Shown: positions 9,901 to 18,114 of the stretch, piece after piece
Layout: the number at the start of each line of letters is the position of its first letter
How positions within the stretch are numbered: the stretch's first letter is position 1
Source: a virus
Virus record (IMG/VR): IMGVR_UViG_3300026299_000088
Location: 1 to 46,695 of that record
Direction: 5' to 3' (one strand)
DNA length: 46,695 nucleotides
Translations under genes and position numbers: made by a program
Notes under the pieces: model-generated
The model's database searches: none
Seen by the model: only the letters and a program-made list of their open reading frames with translations
What the model was told of the DNA's origin: nothing

Positions 9901-12900
9901 CGGCACGCCGCCGGCGATCAGCTTCGCGCGGATATCGTCGTAGACGCTGAAGCCCGCCGCCCCGCTGAGCCCCACGATGTCCTGAAGCGTCAGGGCCTCG
10001 CCCGCCTCCGCGTCAAAGCCGTTGGCGTCGTTGTAGTCGTCGATCTCGGCCTGGGTCAGTTCGAGCCCGGCTTCGCGTTCGGACTCGCGCTGTGCGAGCC
10101 AGCGCTCGCGCTTGCCGGCGTCGCGCAGCGCCTCCTGTGCCAGCGTCAGCCCACGCTCGCGCCCTCCGGTCGTGGACAGGCGCGGTCGTCCCGTCGCCGC
10201 GTCGTACACCCAGGTGGTGGCATTCGGGCCAGCGCCGCGCACGACCAGCAGGAACGGCAGTTCCTCCGCCCCCGTGACCGTGTGCGCCGTGCCGGTGGCG
10301 TGGGCGACACTGCCGTCGTTCTCGCGCACGTAGACCCGCTGCGGCCGGGTCGCCGCGCTCTTGCGCGCGGTATTCGGCACCGACAGGTCGCAGAACACCA
10401 GCTGCGTGCCGCGGTCGGCGTGCCACTGACGATACAGCGCCAGCATGCGCTCGATGGCGAGATTGATCTTGGAGCCGGCGAAGTCCGGCGCGGTCGGATC
10501 GATCAGGCGGTAGTCGAGGCCTGCCTTGTTGGCCTGACCGGTCAGCGACAGCGCATTGACCTTGCCCTTCGTCTGCCGGGTCAGTTCGCGGATGCGCGCG
10601 AAGCGGCCAAGGATGGACTCGGGGTTCAGATCGATCTGCGGCGTCAGTGCGGCTTCGACCGCGGCCATCTGCGCCTCTTCACGGGTCGGGTAAGTCCCTG
10701 CCAGCCGGGGGTGTGTCTGCCCCGGGGTCGTGATCATCAACTGGAACCGGCCGCCCTCCGCCGCCTCGATGGTCGCGGTCTCGCCGGCTCCCGGGTTGAA
10801 ACCGAACGCCACGTCCCCGCTCTGCGACCGGGACAGATGCGGCACGCCCATGAACTCGGCGACCTGGGGCGAGCGCTCGGCCACCACGATCTGCGGACGG
10901 CCGCCCAGCAGGTTCGGGACCGGGAAGCGTCCGCCCTTCGCCGCTTCCTGCGCCTTCAGATCGTCCAGCGTCACCACGTCGGCGAATGCCCGGTAGTCGG
11001 CCATCAGCGACGGCAGGTTCTGGAACTTGGCGAACCGGGTCGATGCCCGGAACCCCGCGCCCGAGGGCGCGACCTCGTAGACGTTCTCGATGCTGCCGTA
11101 CTGGCGGGCCCAGGCGTCGAACACATGCAGGTCCTGGCGCTTGAGCGTCGGATACTGCATGTAGCGCTGGAGGTTGAACATCTCCACCAGCGAGTTGCTG
11201 ACCGGGGTTCCGGTGGCGGTGACGATCGGCGCCTTGTCGCCGAAGGTCTCGAACAGCCACTGCGTCTTCACGAACAGGTCGAACGCCCGGTCCGAACCGT
11301 TCGGGTTGCCCATGCCGGGCACACGCGACATGGTGGTCGTGTAGAACAGGTTCTTGAACTCGTGCAACTCGTCCACGAACAGCGCGTCCACGCCCAGTTC
11401 GTCGAAGGTCAGCACGTCGTCACGCTCGCCGATGTTCGCCAGCTTGCGCTTGACCTTGGCCTCCAGCCGCGCGCGGATGCCCTCCATCTCGCGGACGATG
11501 CCGCGGTCGCCACGGTCGCGCTTGACCTGTTCGATGAGAGCCGCAACCTCGTCGATCTGCTCGGTCAGGATGCGGGACTCGGTCTCCGCCGGCAGCCCGA
11601 TCTTCTTCAGCGAAGAATGCCCGACGATGATCGCGTCCCAGTCGCCGGTGACGATCCGCGAGAACAGTTTCTTCCGATTCTCCCGCGTGAAGTCCTCCGG
11701 CTCCGCCGCCAGCACGACTGCACCGGGATACAGCCGTGCGAACTCGGTGCGCCACTGCACGGTGAGGTGGTTGGGCACGGCGAACAGCGGCTTGCGGGCG
11801 ATGCCGAGCCGGCGCATCTCCATCGCGATGGCGACCATCTGGAAGGTCTTGCCGGCGCCGACGACGTGATCGAGCAACAGCTGGCGCGATTGCAGGCCGC
11901 GCCAGACGCCGTTCTGCTGGTGGCGCAGCAGCGTGAGCCCGGGGCTCATCCCCGGCAGGGTCAGGTGAGAACCGTCGTAGGCGCGCTCGACGGTACGGTT
12001 CATCTTCTCGTTGTAGAGCGCGAGCAGGCGCTCGGCCCGCTCCGGATCGCGCCACACCCACGCCCGCCACTCCGCCCGCAGCGCGTTCTGCTTCTCGCGG
12101 GCGCGCTCGGTCTCGGCTTCCAGCACGATGGTCTCGATCTTGCCGTCGCCGTGCCTGATGGTCTTCGTCACCACGACCGCGCGCCCGGCCAGTGTCGCCT
12201 GGAAGATGTCGGCCGCGGTCATCTCCTGCGTACCCCAGGTCGAGGTGTTGAGCACGCGATCCGGCTCGCCGACCACCTTCACCAGCCACAAACCCGAGCC
12301 GCGCACGTAGGTCATGCGCGCATTGGCACCTGTGATCTCGCGGTGGAAGCGCTGCAGGTCCTCCGCCGGCAGGAACGGCGCACCGAGGGCGATGGTGATT
12401 TCGCTGGGGGTCTTGTCGCGCGGGATGACCTTGGTCAGCGCCTCCACGTTGCGCGCGAAGCGGGCATCGCGGCGGCCGGCACCCTTCGCCTCGACGAGCT
12501 TCGTCTTCACATCCCCCGAGAGGTAGTCGTCGGCCGCGACCAGATCGCCGGCCGCCGTCTCGTAGACCAGTGGCCCCAGTTCCTCGATGAGCGACGCGCG
12601 ATCCTTCCCGTAGACCTCCGTCATGTAGTCCACGTCCAGCCGCCCGCGGTAGTTCAGGCTCGCCAGATAGGCGTCGCGCGCGCTGTGGACGGTCACGAAG
12701 TCGGACGGCGGGAACAGCACCCGGCGCTGGAAGATGTCGGCCTTGGTCGCCTTCGGCGGCCGGGGCTCGATGCCCTCGCGCTTGGCGACGGTGTCGCTGA
12801 TGCCGGCGTCGTAGTCGAACTCCAGCGCCAGCAGCAGGCTCGCGTCCGGGTCGTCGAAGAACAGGCTGCGGTTCGTACGCGAGGCGCTGAGATGGCCGTA

Positions 12901-15900
12901 GCGCTTGAGGAAGGCGTCGTAGCGCTCGTTGAGCGTGCCACGGTTCGCTTCGATCTGCGCCTCTGTGGCGTCCGTGGAGCGCTCCAGGCGCATCTGCTGG
13001 CGCAGCGTGTCGCGGATCTCGATCATGCCGCGCATGCGCGCCTCGGCGGTCGCGCCCGGCGCCGCCCAGGCCACTGCCTGCGGCTCGCCCAGGCGATCCT
13101 CCCCGCGAATCAGGATGCGGCCGTCCTTGTCCACGAAGTAGGCGCCGACCTTCGTGCCCTCGGGCACTTCGGCCGCATGCGATGCCTCGGTGCGATCGAT
13201 GGACGCGTAGATGCCCTCGGGCAAGGCCTGCGCCCACGCCTGCAGTTGCTGCGACAGATCGCCGGACGGCTCGACGGTGTACTCGTTCGCCCGGTACATG
13301 CTGCCGCTGGCGGCAGGCGTGCCGAGGACGTGATCGGAATGGTCGAGGAAGTACGGGTTGACCCGGAAGCGGAGTGTCTCGCCGGTGGTCGGGTGATCGA
13401 GTGCCTGTTCGCCGACCTGCACCCAGCGGGTACGCGAGGCGACCTGCTCGGGTGTCGGCTTCTCGATGTCCGGCGCACGCTTTTGCAGGACGACGATGTC
13501 GGTGACGACTTCGGTGCCGGCGTTCTCGGCGAAGGCCGTGTTCGGCAGGCGCGCGGCAGCGACCAGGTCGGCGCGCTCGGCGATCCATTGCCGCACGCGG
13601 CTGTCCTGCGCGTCGAGGAACTGGTGCGAGACGACCATCATCAGCACGCCGCCGGGGCGCAGCTTGTCGATGGACTTGGCGAAGAAGTAATTGTGGATGC
13701 TGAAGCCGGAGTACGGGCTGCGGTCCGGATCGACGATGGGCTCGCTGCCGAACGGCGGATTGCCGATGACGACATCGAAGAACTCGCCCGGGATCGCCAC
13801 GTCCTGGAAACCGCTCTGCCGGATCGTCGCATTCGGATACAGCGCGGCGGCGATCCGCTGGGTCAGCGGATCGAGTTCGACGCCGAACAGGGTCGAGGCG
13901 TTGCGCAGCTTCGCCGGCATGCCGCCGAAGAAATGGCCGATGCCCAGTGCCGGTTCGAGGATGCGCCCGCGAGTGACGCCCAGGCGCGCGAGGCCGGCGA
14001 ACATGCCATCGATGACGGTTTTGCTCGTGTAGTGCGCGTTGAGCGTCGAGGCCCGCGCCGCGCGCCACTCGGCGTCCGACAGCAGCGACTGCAACTCGGC
14101 GCGGACCTTCGCCCACTGCGCGTTGGCCGGGTCGAATACCCCTTTCAGCGCACCCCAGCCGACGTACCGCGCCAGTTGCCGGCGTTCCTCCGGCGTCGCG
14201 ATGCGATTCTCGTCGGCGAGCGCGCGCACGATGCGAATCGCCGCGAGGTTGTCCCGCGCCTTCCGTGCGAGACCGCCCTTGCCGAGATCAGCGGCGAGTC
14301 CTTCCTCGGCCGGCGCTGCCGCCTCGGCCTCCGGCACCGTCGCAGGCGCGGCATGCAATGATGCGGCGCCCTCAACGGAAGAGGCCGCGGGATCGTCGAT
14401 CGCCGCGGCCTCTTCGTTTACTCGTCCTCGTCCTCTCGTCCCTCGCCTTTTGCGTGGTACGCCGCCTCTTCCTCGTGGCTCCAGATCGGAGGCTCCATCG
14501 GCAGTTCCCACACCTGCGCCTTCTCCCAACTCGACAGGTGGTTCAGCGTCGTGTCCATCTTCGCCTTCTCTTCCCACCGTGTCTGTTCCGCCAGCGCTTC
14601 GAGGTAGTAGTTCTCCTCGATCAACCGCTGGACCCGCTTGGGCCAGCCCAGCATCCAGCGGTTCGCGATCTCCCGGGCGGTCTGCGACATCGTCAGCAAC
14701 TGCGTCCGCACTTCGGGTGGGTAGGCGTTCGGTTTGATCAGATCCTGCATCGGATGACCTCTTGTCGTTCGCGGCCTCGGCCGCGATGTTCAACGGGACT
14801 TGGTTTCCGGCGGCGGGCGCAGGCGCGCCAACGGTCGACGACCCAGCGCCAACGATCCCCGACTGCGCTGCTCCTGCACCCAGGCCGTCTCCAGCGCCAG
14901 GGCGGCCAGCAACTCGCTCGCGTCGATCAGTCGCCGTGTCTGCTCCGGCCAGTCTCGCATCCAGCGATTGGCGATCTGCGTCGCCACCGGCATCATCGCC
15001 TCCAGAGCGATCCGGACCGAGGGAGGATACGTTTGCTCGTTCTGCAAGCGGCGCATCGGGCTCCTCCTGCTTCACGGCGGTGTCCCGCGCATTGTGCGCC
15101 GTTTGCGATGCCAGTGGCGATCGTTCGGCCGCGATCTGGATATCGGCCCAGACCTGGTGACTGCTGTTCGACAGCGTCACGATGCCGCCGTCCACCGCAT
15201 AGCGGGCACCGAACCGCCCACCGCGATTGGTGGCGCCGGCGCGCTCGAACGCGGTGCGCAGGGCCTTCATTGCGGACTCGACCTCGATGACATGCGAGAA
15301 CCGTGCCGGGAAGGCCACCCGACCACTGCGACCGGACCGCACCTGGGCCAAGATGTCATCAATGAAACCCATCAGGATCGCGGCGTTGTTCGTCGCGTCC
15401 GATGGTTCGGCCGGGGACGCGGTCGCCGTGGACGATGACGATGCGTCCGGCGTCTCGCGAGACGCCGTCGCGTCGGTGTCCTCGGCCACCTGTTTCGTCC
15501 ACTGCGACGACCACGGCACCTCGCGCCGCCGCTCCAGCTTGCCGTTGTGGTTCACGGTGATGGTGCTCTCGCCGTCCAGTCGCACCCACGGGAACCCCGA
15601 CTTCGCGAACAGCGTGCCGCGCGGCGTTTCGGTACCGCCGGCGCGCGAGACGTGCCCCGCAGCTTCCACATGATCCCCGATGGCAAGCCCGGCCTCGGCG
15701 AGCGACGCCAGACGACGATCCCGGTTGCCGGCGTTCATCCCGTCAGCGAGGCGCCGCAGGATCGGGTGCAGTCGTGCGTACTCCGGCGTCGCCCGGTATG
15801 CCTGCTTGCCGCCGAAGGCCTGCGCACGCCGGTTCTCCCACTGCCTGGCCTCGGCGTAGCTGCCGAACGACGGGAACATCTCGACCGGCGTGCGCGCCTC

Positions 15901-18114
15901 GGCCTCGCGCTGCGCACGGCGCTCGGCATCGCGCGCTTGCTCGCGGGCGCGGTCGGTTCCCGCCCAGCGGTAGATCGCCTCCTCCGACGCCCCGCGTCCG
16001 CGCGGCAGCGCGATGCCCGTCGCCGCAGTGAACAGGTCGCGGCTCGCCGGGTTGGCATTCGCATCGCCCAGGTTGCGGTATTTCACCAGGCCGCGCCCGT
16101 CGCGACGCGCGATCATGTCGATCAGCTCGTCCGCACCGCGGCTGTAGAAGTCGCTCTCCGGATTGGTCACGTCCGGGAACTTGCGGCGCATCGCGTCGAT
16201 GTAGACCTGGCGCAGCCGCGGGCGATCCAGCGCGTTGTCTTGTCCGGTCGTGACGGACGACGGCGCAGCCACCTCGGCCGCGGGTTCGAGCGGCGTGGGG
16301 GTCTCGGCCTGCGGCGTCGCATCGCCACCGAGCGCCGCCACTTCCTCGACAGCCTGCCGCGCCTGGCGCTGTTCGCGCGCCTGGTCGATGAGCGGGTTCA
16401 TGGTCGCCGCGGACAAACCGGGATACGTCGCTTCGACGAAGCGGCGCACATCGCCGCGCGTCGGCGACTTGTCACCCTGCCAACCGTCAAGGAACCCGTG
16501 GATCGATTCCACGACCGCCTCCGGTGCCGGTGGCGGCGACAGCACCTCGCCGGTTTGCGGATCGACGTTCGCCGGCGCGGCAGAGGCCGGCGATGTATCG
16601 GCCGTGTCGGACGCCATGCGCGCGAACCGATCCCGCTGCGCGGCCCGCACGTCGGGCGTGAGCCCGGAGGCCGTCCCCGCCTGCGCGCGGCGCAGATCTG
16701 CCGCCTGTTGTGCATTGCGCTGTGACGCCGTGGTCGCCGTGCCGTCCGCACCCACCTCGATCGGCGCCTGTATGTCGACCGTCCCGAACCCGGGGCTGCC
16801 ATCGGGCGCCGGCAGGCCGCGCACCGGGACGGGTGGCGTCGGTCCCGGCCGGTTCGGAATGCCCGCCGCCGCACCGAACACACCGCCGCCGATGGCGCCG
16901 GCCGCGAAGCTGTCCAGGTACTCGGTCCACGCTTCGCCATCGTTCAACGACTGCTGCGCCCCGAACCGCTGCGCCGCCTGCTGCACCGCCTCGGTCGTGC
17001 CCTCGGTCAAAGCGTTCTCGCCGAACCCGGTGGCGATGCGGCGTGCGAGACCGCCGTGTCCGCGCACGCCCTTGAGCAGGGTGTCGGCCAGCACCTTCTC
17101 GCCGAAGGTCTCGGCGGCGCCGTAGACGACGCCACCGGCCAGCACGCGCCCGAGGTCGATGTCCTCGCCCGTCTGCTGCGCCTGCCCGTAGGCGGCGTTG
17201 TAGGTGTCGCCCAGGCCGCGCGCGGTCGAGGTCGTCGCGAGCGCGCCGATGCTGCCGATCTCGCGTTGCAGGGTGCGGGTCATCAATTGTTGACCCAGCG
17301 CCGCTGCTTCGCGTTTGGCGGCATCTTCCGCCACACCGGCGGCGATGCGCTTGGCGGCGTGTTGCGCCACCAGTTCCGCCGTCTTCTCGCGCAGTTCGCG
17401 CTTGATCGCGGATTTGCCGAGCAGGCCGGCGATGGCGCCGGTGATGTTGCCGGCCACCGGCACTTCCGAGCCGGCCACGGCGCCGGCCGCCGAGGTGGCG
17501 ACGGACTCGACCACGCTCGGCAGCATCTGGCCGACGTTGTACTGCGCCCAATCCAGCAGGTTGCCGGTGGTGCCGAGCGCGCCCTCGCCGCTGCTCCACG
17601 CGCTGCTGAGGCTGTCGGTGGGCTTCGCGGTCGCGCCCATCTCCTGGTTCAGCGCCTGCGCCTGTTCGGCCCAGTCGCGCGCGGAGTCGTCGGCACCGAC
17701 CAGATCGGCGCCGAGGGCGCCCAAGCCATACAGCGAGGCCTTCGTGCCTGGCCAGTAGCTCTTGATGCCACGCATGAAGTCGCCGACGCCGTCGTCGCCG
17801 GCCGACGACGGCGTCGGGTCCGGATTGCTGGCACGGAACGCGGCCTGCATCTGCGCGAGGTCGGCGCCGGTCAGGCGCGCGAATTCCGGCAGTGCGGTGT
17901 TCGCGTAGTCGTCGCGGATCGCACGCTGGCGCTCGGGCGGTGCTCGGTCGTAGCCAGTGCGCGCACGCACGTTGCCCCAGTGGTAGCGGTCGACGACCTC
18001 TGGTGCGAACGACGGCGCCGGCGCCTTCTGCGCGCCGTAGGCGATGTTCATCCAGTCGGGGACGGCTGGGTTCCAGGCGCGCGGCGCGAGCGGGTTGTAG
18101 GGATCGTTGGCCAT
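3901..18114 (-). CDS. Giant (4737 aa) DarB-like large polyvalent virion protein: N6-adenine MTase + SNF2 helicase + zincin + GNAT-like + PLxRFG domains
   Basis: ILEPALGIG (motif I, ~13950), VIGNPPFG (~13755), HVVGAGKT (~11855), FVDELH (~11370), ATGTP, LEQREGRAIRRG (~9700), LLHEAIGH (~8415), EELQSDWHQ (~7380), YFPLQRYG (~5965). TAATG-coupled to the upstream gene. Confidence 0.9.
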   Translation of the reverse strand: MANDPYNPLAPRAWNPAVPDWMNIAYGAQKAPAPSFAPEVVDRYHWGNVRARTGYDRAPPERQRAIRDDYANTALPEFARLTGADLAQMQAAFRASNPDPTPSSAGDDGVGDFMRGIKSYWPGTKASLYGLGALGADLVGADDSARDWAEQAQALNQEMGATAKPTDSLSSAWSSGEGALGTTGNLLDWAQYNVGQMLPSVVESVATSAAGAVAGSEVPVAGNITGAIAGLLGKSAIKRELREKTAELVAQHAAKRIAAGVAEDAAKREAAALGQQLMTRTLQREIGSIGALATTSTARGLGDTYNAAYGQAQQTGEDIDLGRVLAGGVVYGAAETFGEKVLADTLLKGVRGHGGLARRIATGFGENALTEGTTEAVQQAAQRFGAQQSLNDGEAWTEYLDSFAAGAIGGGVFGAAAGIPNRPGPTPPVPVRGLPAPDGSPGFGTVDIQAPIEVGADGTATTASQRNAQQAADLRRAQAGTASGLTPDVRAAQRDRFARMASDTADTSPASAAPANVDPQTGEVLSPPPAPEAVVESIHGFLDGWQGDKSPTRGDVRRFVEATYPGLSAATMNPLIDQAREQRQARQAVEEVAALGGDATPQAETPTPLEPAAEVAAPSSVTTGQDNALDRPRLRQVYIDAMRRKFPDVTNPESDFYSRGADELIDMIARRDGRGLVKYRNLGDANANPASRDLFTAATGIALPRGRGASEEAIYRWAGTDRAREQARDAERRAQREAEARTPVEMFPSFGSYAEARQWENRRAQAFGGKQAYRATPEYARLHPILRRLADGMNAGNRDRRLASLAEAGLAIGDHVEAAGHVSRAGGTETPRGTLFAKSGFPWVRLDGESTITVNHNGKLERRREVPWSSQWTKQVAEDTDATASRETPDASSSSTATASPAEPSDATNNAAILMGFIDDILAQVRSGRSGRVAFPARFSHVIEVESAMKALRTAFERAGATNRGGRFGARYAVDGGIVTLSNSSHQVWADIQIAAERSPLASQTAHNARDTAVKQEEPDAPLAERANVSSLGPDRSGGDDAGGDADRQSLDARLAGADTATDRRERVAGRPGAGDGLGAGAAQSGIVGAGSSTVGAPAPAAGNQVPLNIAAEAANDKRSSDAGSDQTERLPTRSADAVADDVADRPGDREPLDAGLAQAGPAVDRGELLPRSAGGTDTVGREGEDGHDAEPPVELGEGAGVGTADGASDLEPRGRGGVPRKRRGTRGRGRVNEEAAAIDDPAASSVEGAASLHAAPATVPEAEAAAPAEEGLAADLGKGGLARKARDNLAAIRIVRALADENRIATPEERRQLARYVGWGALKGVFDPANAQWAKVRAELQSLLSDAEWRAARASTLNAHYTSKTVIDGMFAGLARLGVTRGRILEPALGIGHFFGGMPAKLRNASTLFGVELDPLTQRIAAALYPNATIRQSGFQDVAIPGEFFDVVIGNPPFGSEPIVDPDRSPYSGFSIHNYFFAKSIDKLRPGGVLMMVVSHQFLDAQDSRVRQWIAERADLVAAARLPNTAFAENAGTEVVTDIVVLQKRAPDIEKPTPEQVASRTRWVQVGEQALDHPTTGETLRFRVNPYFLDHSDHVLGTPAASGSMYRANEYTVEPSGDLSQQLQAWAQALPEGIYASIDRTEASHAAEVPEGTKVGAYFVDKDGRILIRGEDRLGEPQAVAWAAPGATAEARMRGMIEIRDTLRQQMRLERSTDATEAQIEANRGTLNERYDAFLKRYGHLSASRTNRSLFFDDPDASLLLALEFDYDAGISDTVAKREGIEPRPPKATKADIFQRRVLFPPSDFVTVHSARDAYLASLNYRGRLDVDYMTEVYGKDRASLIEELGPLVYETAAGDLVAADDYLSGDVKTKLVEAKGAGRRDARFARNVEALTKVIPRDKTPSEITIALGAPFLPAEDLQRFHREITGANARMTYVRGSGLWLVKVVGEPDRVLNTSTWGTQEMTAADIFQATLAGRAVVVTKTIRHGDGKIETIVLEAETERAREKQNALRAEWRAWVWRDPERAERLLALYNEKMNRTVERAYDGSHLTLPGMSPGLTLLRHQQNGVWRGLQSRQLLLDHVVGAGKTFQMVAIAMEMRRLGIARKPLFAVPNHLTVQWRTEFARLYPGAVVLAAEPEDFTRENRKKLFSRIVTGDWDAIIVGHSSLKKIGLPAETESRILTEQIDEVAALIEQVKRDRGDRGIVREMEGIRARLEAKVKRKLANIGERDDVLTFDELGVDALFVDELHEFKNLFYTTTMSRVPGMGNPNGSDRAFDLFVKTQWLFETFGDKAPIVTATGTPVSNSLVEMFNLQRYMQYPTLKRQDLHVFDAWARQYGSIENVYEVAPSGAGFRASTRFAKFQNLPSLMADYRAFADVVTLDDLKAQEAAKGGRFPVPNLLGGRPQIVVAERSPQVAEFMGVPHLSRSQSGDVAFGFNPGAGETATIEAAEGGRFQLMITTPGQTHPRLAGTYPTREEAQMAAVEAALTPQIDLNPESILGRFARIRELTRQTKGKVNALSLTGQANKAGLDYRLIDPTAPDFAGSKINLAIERMLALYRQWHADRGTQLVFCDLSVPNTARKSAATRPQRVYVRENDGSVAHATGTAHTVTGAEELPFLLVVRGAGPNATTWVYDAATGRPRLSTTGGRERGLTLAQEALRDAGKRERWLAQRESEREAGLELTQAEIDDYNDANGFDAEAGEALTLQDIVGLSGAAGFSVYDDIRAKLIAGGVPAEEIAYIHDYAHSDAKEKLFKRVNRGEVRFLLGSTPKMGAGTNVQERIVGLHHIDAPWKPSDLEQREGRAIRRGNKLYERDPDGFEVGIYRYATRQTYDTRRWQLLEHKARGIEQLRKYDGQQTEIEDIDGEAANAAEMKAAASGDPLILRETQLRNETRRLEQLELAHADNQTALQRQARGAEQYAAVSGPRHLKALREIAAQSARHPLPEDKEALPEGTTLEGRRYTERKALTQALARQVGALLGPDAYASGIELVYRGVSFDIDRVHVQWVRVATALGEVTGYERGSETFSATGLLTRLNNAIERLDSEALDTEARIEAARHDAERFKAEAAKPFDQVPLLRETREQYRRVQRLLLVRGPEIPASERPLLDAALEAQRAALRKAGFGEALDELLDYQQAREDGAFSRRKGASGRGASVAQVRRVVDELLVHWQGAPSVRVVATPDALPAAARRAPDAHLVEGYYDRRTATVYLVASALPDRKAVQRVLLHEAIGHYGIEAIAGPALWADIAEGVHRLRAQGRYRELFAEHAQRGYLDNGWDDTAVREFIAMLAESGAKDRLLDRVIAAVRAFLRKLGVRATLSEAELRQLIVRAARQVRQGGAAQAGTIDGNLAAAFSRVEGFRSALVQALERAEGAPRRGSAMQWRQWLDGVQRRGGFKQAERDWLQVDAWLGERERISRDELADYVRSHQVRLGEEMIGGDVDRFHAALSRLQAAGFEIESDEYFGVALLRDGETVSPDTLSDQQRIDLDALESAMEADEPFVPGSTRYSSYQIEGGRNYRELLLTLPPESNRDDGGRPYRSDHYPAVKNLLAHVRFNEREDVDGKRMLFLEELQSDWHQEGRKSGYRPVEGAVVPDAPFKKTEEWTLLALRRMVRWAVEHGDQRIGWTTGDQQIDRYSQTLTKWVDTIDYVPVGEGRIRLIGLKKGAVEVSRELDRSGLDDFLGTALAQRIRNGEGDVSPRSSARGEPTRRLEGLSTRVGGEGMRGYYDRILPAVANRWARPLGAQVTTAQIRPRFRQPAMTVHALDITSAMRAAVDAGLPLFSRRAPGDFLADVEAVVRQDEDATRLERARQWFRDSTPARLKDAARSTWLGVLATNQLTELGSDYDPAIAGFSRLLDAMSADRNALLEEGAELAETVRRWAGKHRDDARQLFDLMHRATLEGVDPAESYQTLQFRYGGQLHEVNRKNIRAALKALREQMLGRGGDNKTDMIEEARRLRGMPKREDIRKRMYPTLRTAWAALTPEAQTYYRQLRDAYRKRSGEVEDALAERIEASEAPDALRRKLIHSIRQQFESYRLQGVYFPLQRYGEYFIAAERDGEPVFLMLDTLGDLERKESALRARGFTIKARGRLRGAQAKDAPSGSFVAEVIDQLRKAGVSEKTQDAVYQTYLQALPELSMRKHAIHRQGVAGFDPDALRAFAHNMAHGAHQLARLRYGHLLGQTLDALRGAQDARRKSPTASTRSVVAMDAILAELDQRFSWVLNPQDSPLTNRLSSVGFVYFLGATPAAALVNLTQTALLTFPQLAAEHGAAKASRYLLRALNESARTVGHAQKVLTRPDEVRAHDALQKAGALDKTQTHTLMGLADKGLATYNPHLARAMEVIGWLFHKAEVLNRESSGMAAYRLARDAGQGFDAAVRYATDTITATHFNYANANRARFLQSGPAKVVLMFKQYGLNMLWHLGRMGWKATKGESPEVRRLARRNLAGVLAMSGVFSGALGLPLSSLIMGTIDAIAHAFGDEDDPWDTEAELRKFLAQFLGDAGAEIALHGAANTLTGADIGSRVEMSQLLWRDTDRELDGRDAYYAMMDNIAGPMFGIGKNFLIGTQLVAEGQVYRGTETMLPKALKDVMKALRYAQEGVTSTRGDLVTDTDPMDELLQTIGFTPAEVARQYAENRALKDREQHILDRRKALLAAYGMAQRQDDEDTVLEVRRKILAFNKAYPEKPMTGQTIRRSLRARAAYSELAEHGVVYDRALRQRIREEVGASGSEL
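14378..14415. repeat. 13-bp perfect inverted repeat (hairpin) just after the stop of nested gene B
   Basis: GAAGAGGCCGCGG (14378-14390) / CCGCGGCCTCTTC (14403-14415), extendable by an inner GATC/GATC pair. Confidence 0.8.
14418..14750 (-). CDS. Nested small protein B (110 aa) in the +1 frame of the giant gene
   Basis: SD AAGAGGT before ATG. Mostly G/C-ending codons in this frame, globular composition with an acidic tail, 27/59 identity to nested protein A. Confidence 0.75.
   Translation of the reverse strand: MQDLIKPNAYPPEVRTQLLTMSQTAREIANRWMLGWPKRVQRLIEENYYLEALAEQTRWEEKAKMDTTLNHLSSWEKAQVWELPMEPPIWSHEEEAAYHAKGEGREDEDE
14790..15056 (-). CDS. Nested small protein A (88 aa) in the +1 frame of the giant gene, paralog of B
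   Basis: SD AGGAGGAG before ATG. Shares YPPxVR..IANRWMxxWP..RLI..LxALA..TxW with B without gaps; C-terminus diverged. Confidence 0.65.
   Translation of the reverse strand: MRRLQNEQTYPPSVRIALEAMMPVATQIANRWMRDWPEQTRRLIDASELLAALALETAWVQEQRSRGSLALGRRPLARLRPPPETKSR

Noticed and set aside
11420..14116. 898-aa same-strand alternative-frame ORF in the giant gene, and similar Arg/Pro/Ala-rich ORFs
   Set aside because: Low-complexity composition typical of off-frame GC-rich reading, with no paralogy or codon signal, unlike the two nested genes accepted.
9577..14361. 1594-aa plus-strand ORF (also 6811..9471, 4570..6426, 37631..39361)
   Set aside because: Exactly codon-registered antisense to real high-GC genes that avoid TTA/CTA/TCA codons; no motifs. 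Shadow ORFs.
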